A stretch of DNA of 64,000 nucleotides. It comes from Euryarchaeota archaeon UBA91 (GTDB lineage: Archaea; Thermoplasmatota; Poseidoniia; Poseidoniales; Poseidoniaceae). The position numbers were made by a program, and so were the translations under genes. Under the pieces are notes generated by a model. That model ran no database searches. It was not told the origin of the DNA and worked only from the letters and a program-made list of their open reading frames with translations. Shown one piece after another: positions 47,125 through 55,980 of the stretch. Position 1 is the first letter of the stretch, and each line of letters begins with the position of its first letter. The DNA lies in the NCBI GenBank assembly GCA_002499705.1, contig DAMU01000077.1:4951-68950 (forward strand), given 5' to 3'.

Positions 47125-48816
47125 ATGACTGAGTTCATATTTTTCGATTACCCACTGCCTTCAAACTCAGAAATACGCAACATCTGGGATAAAATTTCAA
47201 TGTTAAGACATGAGGTTTATGCCAGTGAATTACAACAATATCAGGCCAATTCGGAACAACAACTGGAAGACCCTGGCCATCACTTTATTGCATGTATGAT
47301 TGATGAAGAGCTTGCAGGCTACATCAGTTTGAATCCACCCAACAAACAACCGTTCCGTGTGAACAGGTATTTTTCTCAAGAAACATTAGATGAAACATTG
47401 CATTCAAAATGTGGTGATCGTCTTTCCTCAACGTATGAAGTTCGCGCATTGACCGTGTCGTCGAAATTTAGAGGAAAACAGATTTCGGCGCAGTTAATGG
47501 CACATGCACTCAAGTTCGTGCTTCAGGTTGAAGGGACAGACATCGTTGCAATGGGCCATGCGAATGTCATCGATTTATACAAGAAAATTGGAATGACTGT
47601 TTTCGAACAACACGGCATTCAATACGGTGAAACCTTGTATTATCCAATGTATCTTGATCCGCACATTGCACGAACATTGAATGCTGAAAAGATATCGGAG
47701 TTCGAAGACGACGAGGAGGTATGTTATCATGGTGGAAAGTCATGGGATACCTCAAAATTTGATTTTACTGTTCGCGACACTTTGGTTGTTGCCGATGTAT
47801 TAGACAGCCCATTCCCACCTTGCCCTGAAGCACTCCAAGTGCTCAGAGAACAACTTGAACGCTGCTGTCAAGAATCACCTCCGACGCAGTGTGAAGAATT
47901 GATTGAAACAATTGCTGTCACCAGAGGCGTCCAATCAAAACATGTCGCCGTGTCTTCGGGCTCTTCGTCTCTGATGTTTTCATTTCTTCCACAACTGCTT
48001 ACCTCAGATTCAAGGGTTCTGGTACTTTCTCCAATGTATGGGGAATACAGCCATATTCTCACGCATGTAATTGGGTGCGAAATGACAAATTTTGTGCTCC
48101 ATGGAGAAGACGGGTTTCGTATTAATGAAGATGAATTGGTGAAACAGGCTCGACTGCATGACGCAGTGATTTTAGTCAATCCAAACAGTCCAACGGGAGT
48201 GTATTGTGACAACATGGGTGAAATTGTACAAAGAATCCAAGACGAAAGCGAATCACCAACACAATGCAAGATGATATGGGTTGATGAAACATACATCGAT
48301 TATATTCCACATGCGAAATCCTTGGAATCACTCGTCGCCAAAAATCCAAGTTTAATTGTCTGTAAAAGCATGAGCAAGTGTTACGCATTATCCGGATTAC
48401 GTGTCGCCTACGCAGTCAGTCAAAAGATGATTGAGTTGCGACGCTTCATACCTCCTTGGGCAGTGAGCTTGCCTGGGCAATTAGCGGCGGTTGCAGCATT
48501 GAAAAATCCAACCTATTACAGCGAACAATATGCTGTTATTCATCAACAAAGAACGGTATTGAGTGAACAATTAAAACAACACAACTTCAGCGTACTGCCG
48601 GGTGTTGCTAATTTCATTTTGACGTTTCTTCCAGAACAAACACACCACACTTCGTCAACATTTATTGAGGCATGTAAAGAAAGAGGTGTCTTCATTCGTG
48701 ATGCTCAAAACATGGGCGTCACTTTAGGAGATAATGCCGTCAGGTTTGCAATTCGCTCAAGCAGAGAAAATGAACGAATCGTTGAATGTGTCAAAGAGGT
48801 TCTTGCCCTGAGTTGA
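47125..48816 (+). CDS. Fusion: N-terminal GNAT acetyltransferase-like domain plus class I/II PLP aminotransferase (HisC/CobD-like)
   Basis: GNAT motif A-like SSKFRGKQISAQLMAHAL. Aminotransferase NPNSPTG and SMSKCYALSGLRVAY (PLP Lys). A single uninterrupted ORF. Confidence 0.75.
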   Translation: MTEFIFFDYPLPSNSEIRNIWDKISMLRHEVYASELQQYQANSEQQLEDPGHHFIACMIDEELAGYISLNPPNKQPFRVNRYFSQETLDETLHSKCGDRLSSTYEVRALTVSSKFRGKQISAQLMAHALKFVLQVEGTDIVAMGHANVIDLYKKIGMTVFEQHGIQYGETLYYPMYLDPHIARTLNAEKISEFEDDEEVCYHGGKSWDTSKFDFTVRDTLVVADVLDSPFPPCPEALQVLREQLERCCQESPPTQCEELIETIAVTRGVQSKHVAVSSGSSSLMFSFLPQLLTSDSRVLVLSPMYGEYSHILTHVIGCEMTNFVLHGEDGFRINEDELVKQARLHDAVILVNPNSPTGVYCDNMGEIVQRIQDESESPTQCKMIWVDETYIDYIPHAKSLESLVAKNPSLIVCKSMSKCYALSGLRVAYAVSQKMIELRRFIPPWAVSLPGQLAAVAALKNPTYYSEQYAVIHQQRTVLSEQLKQHNFSVLPGVANFILTFLPEQTHHTSSTFIEACKERGVFIRDAQNMGVTLGDNAVRFAIRSSRENERIVECVKEVLALS

Positions 48817-48818
48817 GT

Positions 48819-49268
48819 TCATTTTCCTTTGAATTTCTCGAGAACTACAATATCCGAAATCGAGGTACTCGGGTATTGACCTGAATCGTCTTTTTCCAAT
48901 GACTTTACCATATCCAGTGCGCATAACAAACCTGCACTGACTCCGGTAAGTGCTTCCATTTCAATTCCAGTTTTGTAATGTGCTGAGACCTCCACTGTAC
49001 AACGTAAAGAATGGCCTTCCCAGGACCAGTTTACTGTACATCCCTCAAGAGGAATAGGATGGCAATGAGGAACGATACGTGGCGTATCTTTGACCGCTTG
49101 AATGGCTGCGATTGTTGAAGCTTCAAGTACATCTCCTTTCTTGACTGCTTTCTTTTGTATTGCTTGACAAGAATGTTGTGAAAGGTTGAGTAAACCTGTA
49201 GCTGTTGCTCGTCGTTCTACAATTGGTTTAGAGCCAATTTCTACGATTCCTTCAATTTCTTTGTCCAT
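48819..49268 (-). CDS. moaC: Cyclic pyranopterin monophosphate synthase accessory protein
   Basis: KGDVLEASTIAAIQAVKDTPRIVPHCHP...TGIEMEALTGVSAGLLCALDMVK. Start re-picked at 49268, with AGGAG upstream. Confidence 0.85.
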   Translation of the reverse strand: MDKEIEGIVEIGSKPIVERRATATGLLNLSQHSCQAIQKKAVKKGDVLEASTIAAIQAVKDTPRIVPHCHPIPLEGCTVNWSWEGHSLRCTVEVSAHYKTGIEMEALTGVSAGLLCALDMVKSLEKDDSGQYPSTSISDIVVLEKFKGK

Positions 49269-49281
49269 TTTTTCAACTCCT

Positions 49282-49731
49282 TTAACCAAGACCTGCTTTC
49301 CAAGACTCACCTTCACTCGTGACTTCTTTTTTCCATAGGGGCGCCTGCTTTTTGAGTTCGTCGATGAGCCATTCACAAGCTTGGAATGCCTCTTTTCGGT
49401 GAGGGCTGCCAACATGGATGGCAACAATCGGCTCTTGAGGTCCTACACTTCCAACTCGATGCGCCATAACAACGGCGAGAACTCCGAACTTAGAAATCGC
49501 TTGTTCGGCTAAAGAATGCAAAACCGGCGTTAATTGCTCTTGCCATGCATCAAATTCGAGACGAAGAACTTCAGCATCGCCTTCTCTACTTCGAGTAATT
49601 CCTAAGAAAGAGACAACGGCGCCACATCCTTCGGTAGGTAATTTCGATTTCAAGGCCACATCGTCGAGCTGAATTGGTGCTTCTTCGATGAGAATAAAGC
49701 CCGACATGGTCACACGAAGGGAACGCATCAT
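49282..49731 (-). CDS. moaE: Molybdopterin synthase catalytic subunit
   Basis: GAVVSFLGITR, HRVG...G, HRKEAF and PLWKKE motifs. Confidence 0.85.
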   Translation of the reverse strand: MMRSLRVTMSGFILIEEAPIQLDDVALKSKLPTEGCGAVVSFLGITRSREGDAEVLRLEFDAWQEQLTPVLHSLAEQAISKFGVLAVVMAHRVGSVGPQEPIVAIHVGSPHRKEAFQACEWLIDELKKQAPLWKKEVTSEGESWKAGLG

Positions 49732-49748
49732 TCAAACCTCACGCCTGT

Positions 49749-51017
49749 ATGGGGATTGTCATGGGCGATGATTCTGCCATCCACATCATGGGCGCTGGGC
49801 TGTCTGGCCTCGCCGCTGCTACGGTGTTGGCTAAGGCAGGAAAAGAAGTCCATGTTCACGACATTCGTGATGATTCAGGTGCCCGATTCGACGGAGATTT
49901 TCAAGCACTTGAAAACTGGAGCATGGGTGTTGATTTCTTTGACCAGTTGAAAGAATGGGGTTTTGATTTATCTGAATTTAAGGCAACAGAGTTTGATGTT
50001 GTTGATTTGATACACCCTGACGATGTCGTTACGCAAGCGACTACTCCCAGCGTTGCTTACCGAATTGTTGAACGGGGTACTTCTGACCATACCATCGATC
50101 AAGGATTTAAGCGTCAAGCACTTGCAGCAGGAGCACAAATTCATTACAAATCTCGCGTCAAAGAAGAGGATTGTACAATCATTGCTTGTGGCCCGAAAGG
50201 TACCTCAGCCGTTGCCTATGGCGAGATTTTCAAAACAGACCATCCAAACCACATTGGATTCCAATTGAACGACAAGTTGGCGCCTGGTTCCTATTCATAT
50301 CTCATCATCATTGATGGAGTCGGATTGATCTGTACCTGTTTATGGCGGAAACAAAAGAAAAGCGATCGTTTCCTCAATGAGACCATTGCTTGGTATGAGG
50401 CTCACTATCCAAATCTCAATCGAACTCCGATAAAACGAGTTGGAGGCAAAGGCGATTTTACCATCAACCGTAACTACAAACAAGATGGAAGATATTACGT
50501 TGGAGAATCTGGCGGACTTCAAGACTTTATGTGGGGCTTTGGGATGCGTATGGCGGTATGGTCTGGTGTTCTTGCTGCGAATGATATTCTCGGGAAAAGT
50601 GACTATGAAGCAGATGTTCGAAAGCATTTGATGCCTTATGTTCGAACGAGTGTTGCGAATCGATGGCTCATGAACCGAGTCGGTGATCGAACCTTCAAGC
50701 GGATGTGCAAAGCTTGGATGAAAGATCAGAAAAAGCGTGGCGATGGACTAATTTGGATTGGGAAATTGTTCCGTCCATCTTTGTTCAAGTCGATTTTATA
50801 TCGAATTGTCAACCCTTTCATGCTGACGAAAGACCCTAAATCCATGGGCCGAGGTGTCCGAAGGATGCCATTCCGTAAAGCACTCAAGCGAGACGTTTGG
50901 AATCCATCAGATCAGGCAGTTGCCATCGGTGAGCAATGGAATGAAATTAGACGAAAAGGGGCGAAGGTTTCGTTTGCTAAAGACACTGAAACCGAAAAGA
51001 AATCGCAGGAACCATAG
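49749..51017 (+). CDS. FAD/NAD(P)-binding oxidoreductase (geranylgeranyl-reductase-like fold)
   Basis: N-terminal dinucleotide motif IHIMGAGLSGLAAATVLAKAGKEVHVHD. The basic C-terminal tail is unusual. Confidence 0.6.
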   Translation: MGIVMGDDSAIHIMGAGLSGLAAATVLAKAGKEVHVHDIRDDSGARFDGDFQALENWSMGVDFFDQLKEWGFDLSEFKATEFDVVDLIHPDDVVTQATTPSVAYRIVERGTSDHTIDQGFKRQALAAGAQIHYKSRVKEEDCTIIACGPKGTSAVAYGEIFKTDHPNHIGFQLNDKLAPGSYSYLIIIDGVGLICTCLWRKQKKSDRFLNETIAWYEAHYPNLNRTPIKRVGGKGDFTINRNYKQDGRYYVGESGGLQDFMWGFGMRMAVWSGVLAANDILGKSDYEADVRKHLMPYVRTSVANRWLMNRVGDRTFKRMCKAWMKDQKKRGDGLIWIGKLFRPSLFKSILYRIVNPFMLTKDPKSMGRGVRRMPFRKALKRDVWNPSDQAVAIGEQWNEIRRKGAKVSFAKDTETEKKSQEP

Positions 51018-51054
51018 GCGATTTGTTCTTAATGCGAATCCCTGTGGTAGGGGC

Positions 51055-51921
51055 ATGAGCGACCTCTACGGACTCAAACTTGAACCCATGCCAAACCGCC
51101 TAGTCAACTACGGTGTTACCACGAATGGTATCGCAGTTATCGAACTGACCTCCGACTCAGCCGGCGCTCCACTTGAAGGGGCAAACGACCGCTCTCCGAA
51201 CACCTACACTCACGAAATGATGCGAGATATTGACACTGCAATCGTAAAAGCACGATTCGATGATGACGTTACTTGCATCGTATTGACCGGAAATGGAGCC
51301 TCTTTCTTTTCTGCAGGTGCTTCAATTCAAATGTTGAACAGCGTCACTCCAGGTTTCAAATACAATTTCTGTCTTCACGCCAATGAAACTCTCTCTCGAC
51401 TTGAACAGACTTCGAAATTGGTCGTTTGCGCAATCAACGGACACGCAGTCGGTGGCGGACTTGAAATTGCAATGGCTGCAGATATTCGAATTGCTCGAAA
51501 GAATGCGGGTAAAGTCGGACTTCCTGAAATCAACCTCGGTGTGCTTGCTGGAACCGGTGGAACCGCTCGCTTGACCCGTCTTATCGGCAAAGCAATGGCC
51601 CTTGAAATGATGGTCACTGGTGAACTCATGTCCTTTGAGGATGCACATGGTTGCAATCTCATTAACCATATCTGGGAAGGCTCTGCTGAAGATTTCCGCC
51701 GAGATATTCTTGACTGGTGCAGTCAATTCACACTTCCTAACAAGGCGGTCAAGGCTGTTGGAAACATCAAGCGTTCCTGCCAAACTGGACCTGAGATTCC
51801 ATTTGAATACCATTTGGCTCTTGAGCGAGAATTGCAAGCATCCCTGTTCAACAGCACGGACGCAAAAGAAGGTATTGCAGCATACGTCGAAAAGCGTGTT
51901 GCAAACTTTACTGGCCAGTGA
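51055..51921 (+). CDS. Enoyl-CoA hydratase/isomerase (crotonase) family
   Basis: FFSAGASI, AINGHAVGGGLEIAMAADIRIA, PEINLGVLAGTGGTARL. Start re-picked at MSDLYG (51055). Confidence 0.85.
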   Translation: MSDLYGLKLEPMPNRLVNYGVTTNGIAVIELTSDSAGAPLEGANDRSPNTYTHEMMRDIDTAIVKARFDDDVTCIVLTGNGASFFSAGASIQMLNSVTPGFKYNFCLHANETLSRLEQTSKLVVCAINGHAVGGGLEIAMAADIRIARKNAGKVGLPEINLGVLAGTGGTARLTRLIGKAMALEMMVTGELMSFEDAHGCNLINHIWEGSAEDFRRDILDWCSQFTLPNKAVKAVGNIKRSCQTGPEIPFEYHLALERELQASLFNSTDAKEGIAAYVEKRVANFTGQ

Positions 51922-51925
51922 TTGA

Positions 51926-52561
51926 ATGTCTATCTGGCATCAGCGATGGAGCCAGAACCGTATCGGTTTTCATCGCTCCATAGCAAACCCTGCATTAACC
52001 GAGCATTGGTCTAAACTGCAACTGGATTCTTCTTCCAATGTATTGGTTCCATTGTGTGGTAAATCTCTTGACATGCACTGGCTTGCTCAACAAGGACATT
52101 TCGTGAATGGAATAGAGTTTGTAGAAAAAGCCGTGAAAGAGTTCTTTGAAGACTGGTCAAAGGAACCCCTCAAGACCTCTCGAGATGTTGGCGAAAAGTA
52201 TAGCGCTGAGAACATCAATCTGTATCTGGCTGATTTCTTCAAAGTTGAACCGGATGAGGCCCCGTTCTCCGCTTGGTATGATCGAGCGGCTTTAGTTGCT
52301 TTACCTCCATCATTACGAGCCCAGTATGTCGAGCAATTACGAAAACTCACTACTGCAGACGCAAAGGGTCTAATGGTGACTTTTGATTATCCGAAAGAAG
52401 AGATGCAGGGACCACCTTTCGCACTTTCTGATGAAGATGTTGAACACTACTTCGGCCCCTTTTTTGAAATTGAACGCTTACAATTCACGGATCTTACCGA
52501 AGAGGAAGACAGAGAATTGAGCCGTTGCAGTCTCTCTGTTTTTATGTTAAAATGCGTATAA
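51926..52561 (+). CDS. Thiopurine S-methyltransferase (TPMT)-family SAM-dependent methyltransferase
   Basis: WHQRWSQNRIGFH...VLVPLCGKSLDMHWLAQQGHFVNGIEF...YDRAALVALPP is the TPMT pattern. Confidence 0.75.
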   Translation: MSIWHQRWSQNRIGFHRSIANPALTEHWSKLQLDSSSNVLVPLCGKSLDMHWLAQQGHFVNGIEFVEKAVKEFFEDWSKEPLKTSRDVGEKYSAENINLYLADFFKVEPDEAPFSAWYDRAALVALPPSLRAQYVEQLRKLTTADAKGLMVTFDYPKEEMQGPPFALSDEDVEHYFGPFFEIERLQFTDLTEEEDRELSRCSLSVFMLKCV

Positions 52562-52624
52562 AATTACAGAGTTCAAAGCCGTAGTCTTGAAGTCCTCATC
52601 GCGTTTCGCCCAATTACAGGTGAG

Positions 52625-53548
52625 ATGATGTCGAAGTACAATGTCCCAGCAGATGTCCCCGATGATTTGATTGAAACCTACATCCAAAACATGGATGCAG
52701 CCACTGCTGGAACGGGTAAAATGAATCTTTTTGCCTGCGACCAAAAAATCGAACACCTCAATGACGATTTTTACGGTGAAGGAATCCCAGCGACTTCAAA
52801 CGACCCAGGCCACCTTTTTGAAATTGGACAACGCTGCCATGATGCAGGAACTATAGGTGTTCTCGCCGGCCAACTCGGGCTTATTTCTCACTATGCACGG
52901 GATTATCCTAACTTGCCTTATCTCGTCAAATTGAACTCGAAATCACACATGGTGAAAACAAACCAAAGAGATCCTATATCTCAAGCAATGTGGGATATGG
53001 ATGATGTCATGGCATTGACTCATAACGGAATCAACGTTGTCGGAATCGGTTACACCATTTACATTGGAAGCGAATTTGAACATGAGATGCTTTCAGAAGC
53101 GGCTCAATTCATCCGCCAAGCACACGAACTTGGAATGCTTGCTGTTGTGTGGATGTATCCGCGTGGCAAAGCAGTTGCTGATGAAAAGGACCCACAACTT
53201 ATCTCAGGTGCGGCAGGTGTTGCTGCATGTATTGGTGCGGACTTTGCAAAAGTCAACTACCCTCGTGCATTTGAAGGAATGACTCAACCACAATCGCTTG
53301 CAATCGCTGCCGAAGCTGCGGGAAGAACTGGAATCATTTGCTCCGGCGGTGGCTCACTTCCTGCAGATGAATTCCTACAGCGACTCCATGACCAAATGGC
53401 AGTTGGCAACTGTATGGGTGCTGCTACAGGGCGGAACATCCACCAACGCGAAATCGAATCTGCGGTTCGCATGACTGCAGCGTGCCACGCAATTATATGC
53501 GAAGGTGCTTCTGTCGAAAAGGCAATGTCCATTTTCAACGGAAATTGA
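52625..53548 (+). CDS. Class I fructose-bisphosphate aldolase, DhnA/FbaB type
   Basis: YLVKLNSKS, GYTIYIGSE, AHELGMLAVVWMYPRG and IGADFAKVNYP (Schiff-base Lys region) resemble E. coli FbaB. Confidence 0.75.
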   Translation: MMSKYNVPADVPDDLIETYIQNMDAATAGTGKMNLFACDQKIEHLNDDFYGEGIPATSNDPGHLFEIGQRCHDAGTIGVLAGQLGLISHYARDYPNLPYLVKLNSKSHMVKTNQRDPISQAMWDMDDVMALTHNGINVVGIGYTIYIGSEFEHEMLSEAAQFIRQAHELGMLAVVWMYPRGKAVADEKDPQLISGAAGVAACIGADFAKVNYPRAFEGMTQPQSLAIAAEAAGRTGIICSGGGSLPADEFLQRLHDQMAVGNCMGAATGRNIHQREIESAVRMTAACHAIICEGASVEKAMSIFNGN

Positions 53549-53607
53549 AAAATGAGCCCACTTTTTAGGGCGTCCTAATTTTTATGCTGCTTTCACTTGC
53601 GTGAATC

Positions 53608-53988
53608 ATGCACTACTATTTTCCAGGCATGATTGTCGGCTTCATCCTTTTGCAAACCGCTATTGTTGCCCCAACCTTGTTCAAAAAACTCGACATCAAG
53701 GACTTTGGAGTTGTCATTCGAGCCCTTTGGCCCAAATTTTTCATGTGGCTCACAGTGTTTGGGGCCGCTTCAGTTGTCGACCTTTATTTCCACGATGACC
53801 CAAGCCTAATCCATTACGGAATTGCAGGGTCAACTGCAGTGTTTGCACTCATCTGTTACCTTATCATTCCAGCAACGAACCGTGCTACTGATGAGGGCAA
53901 TGAAAAACTCTTCAAAATACTCCACAAAGTCAGCGTGTATCTAACCGTCATCATTTTACTGGCAAACATCGGTTATGTGTTTGTTTGA
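53608..53988 (+). CDS. Small integral membrane protein (DUF4149/TMEM205-like, tentative)
   Basis: Four hydrophobic helices in 126 aa. Confidence 0.45.
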   Translation: MHYYFPGMIVGFILLQTAIVAPTLFKKLDIKDFGVVIRALWPKFFMWLTVFGAASVVDLYFHDDPSLIHYGIAGSTAVFALICYLIIPATNRATDEGNEKLFKILHKVSVYLTVIILLANIGYVFV

Positions 53989-54054
53989 CGTGAACATTGA
54001 AGAGTCATTCGTCATTCAAACGGTGTAAAAGTAATTTTTACAACGCAAAACAGC

Positions 54055-55329
54055 TCATGTTCCGACTGTGTAATCGTCTAGGTATGCAAGTTGTGCATCA
54101 GTAAGGACATCAATACTGAAACCAAGCGTATCGAGTTTCGTCGATGCCAGGTCTTGGTCTTGTTCCTTGGTGATATCATAGACTTCCTTGCCCATTGAGG
54201 TGCCTTCTTTTGCCAAGCGACAAAGAGAGAGGAATTGATTTGCGAAGGACATGTCCATCACTTCAGATGGGTGGCCTTCAGCAGCTGCAAGGTTGACCAA
54301 ACGTCCACGAGCAAGCAAGAAAATGCGCCGACCGTCAGGCATGAGGAATTCCTCGTTATTTGCACGGATGGTTCGAACAGAAGTTGCTCGCTCTTCAAGA
54401 TCTGAAATCTTGATTTCGCAATCATAGTGTCCAGTGTTGGAAATAATGGCACCATCCTTCATTGAATCAAAGTGAGGACCAAAGATGACGTCTTCCATAC
54501 CAGTAGCTGTGCAGAAGATGTCTCCTACTTTCGCCGCTTCATCCATGGTCATGACGCTGAAACCTTCCATGACAGCACGTAGAGCCGGAAGTGGGTCGAC
54601 TTCAGTAACGACGACGTTTGCTCCCATTCCTCGAGCCCTCATAGCCAGTCCGCTTCCACAGTGACCATATCCAGCGACGACGAATGTCTTACCTGCAACC
54701 AAAACCGATGTTGCTCGTAGGATACCGTCAATTGTTGATTGTCCAGTACCGTAGACATTGTCAAAGTCCCACTTTGTGACTGCATCATTCACGGCAAGAA
54801 CTGGATAACGGAGGTCCCCAGCAGCAGCCATTGCACGAAGTCGGTGAACACCAGTCGTGGTCTCTTCAGTTCCACCGATGACGCCAGCGGCGTATTCTGA
54901 TTTTTCACCATGAACACGAACAATGAGATCCGCACCATCGTCAAGTGTGAGCGTTGGTTTGAATTCAAGTGTGCGGTCAATACACCAATAGAAATCCTCG
55001 TTCGATTGACCGTGCCAAGCGTGAACAGAGTATCCTTCTGAGGCAAGCCAAGCTGCTACATCGTCTTGAGTTGAGAGAGGATTGCATCCAGACCATGAGA
55101 TTTCTGCACCCGCTGCGCGAATCGTCTCGATGAGAACTGCAGTTTCTTTGGTGACGTGAAGGCATCCAGCGACGCGCATTCCAGCAAGAGGTTTGGTGCG
55201 CTCTGCTTCTTCCCGGATTTTGGCCATAACAGGCATGCGCGCTCGTGCCCAATCGACAAGAAGAGAGCCTTGTTCAGCCAAACTTATATCGCGTACGGTG
55301 TAGTTCTCAGTCTTATCCAAGTTATCCAT
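54055..55329 (-). CDS. ahcY: Adenosylhomocysteinase
   Basis: VRDISLAEQG, MPV, DDGADL, GYGHCGSG (NAD motif), EVDP and HPSEVMD are typical SAHH motifs. Confidence 0.9.
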   Translation of the reverse strand: MDNLDKTENYTVRDISLAEQGSLLVDWARARMPVMAKIREEAERTKPLAGMRVAGCLHVTKETAVLIETIRAAGAEISWSGCNPLSTQDDVAAWLASEGYSVHAWHGQSNEDFYWCIDRTLEFKPTLTLDDGADLIVRVHGEKSEYAAGVIGGTEETTTGVHRLRAMAAAGDLRYPVLAVNDAVTKWDFDNVYGTGQSTIDGILRATSVLVAGKTFVVAGYGHCGSGLAMRARGMGANVVVTEVDPLPALRAVMEGFSVMTMDEAAKVGDIFCTATGMEDVIFGPHFDSMKDGAIISNTGHYDCEIKISDLEERATSVRTIRANNEEFLMPDGRRIFLLARGRLVNLAAAEGHPSEVMDMSFANQFLSLCRLAKEGTSMGKEVYDITKEQDQDLASTKLDTLGFSIDVLTDAQLAYLDDYTVGT

Positions 55330-55410
55330 GGCGGTGCCAATTGCTCCCCCTTATTGAATCTCCCGTTAAAACGAGATGACTACCGAGAAAGATTGGAATC
55401 ACTCAAGGCT

Positions 55411-55740
55411 TCAGAGACTTCGACCAGTGCTTGCACCGGTGGTCACGTTACCATCGTTGTCGATGATGATTGGTGTACCCTCTTGCCATCCAGGACAATT
55501 CGAAGAAACCCAGTTACGGGTTGCCCATTCACAAATATCATATCCTCCAGAAAGGATGCCAGAACGCTTAATGTATCCGACTTTGACGATGTCTTTGTCC
55601 TTTGAAAGGACATTTCCGAGTTGTTGACTTGTGGTTCCATGACGCATAGTACTGTTGATGTGCTCCAAAATCTCGGCAGTGTTACGTGGACGATCTCCTA
55701 AGAATTTTTTTATTTTTTCTCTGATTCTGGTTGTTTTCAT
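55411..55740 (-). CDS. Small winged-helix-like protein (hypothetical)
   Basis: IREKIKKFLGDRPRNTAEILEHINS...TSQQLGNVLSKDKDIVKVG looks like a wHTH. Divergent from the 851-aa gene. Confidence 0.5.
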   Translation of the reverse strand: MKTTRIREKIKKFLGDRPRNTAEILEHINSTMRHGTTSQQLGNVLSKDKDIVKVGYIKRSGILSGGYDICEWATRNWVSSNCPGWQEGTPIIIDNDGNVTTGASTGRSL

Positions 55741-55850
55741 GTGTTATTCCTCCTGTCATGAGGCCGATTCCCGTTTGGGAGATGGGCCACTAAAACAGAT
55801 GACCGAGGGTGCTCATATAACCCTTGCCGTAGGAATTGGATGATAGTTAC

Positions 55851-55865
55851 ATTTGATACTCAAAT
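55851..55865. promoter_or_regulatory. Perfect palindrome ATTTGA-tac-TCAAAT in a divergent AT-rich promoter region (operator candidate)
   Basis: Read directly from the sequence. It lies between two divergently oriented wHTH genes. Confidence 0.35.
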
Positions 55866-55980
55866 CGAGTGTTTTTTTCACACCTGAAAATTGGAATGTA
55901 AGTAAAAAGAAACTTTCTCCAGTGGAAATAAATAACTAATTGTAACTAAGTAGAGAGTTAAAGTGAAAGATTTATGAACA

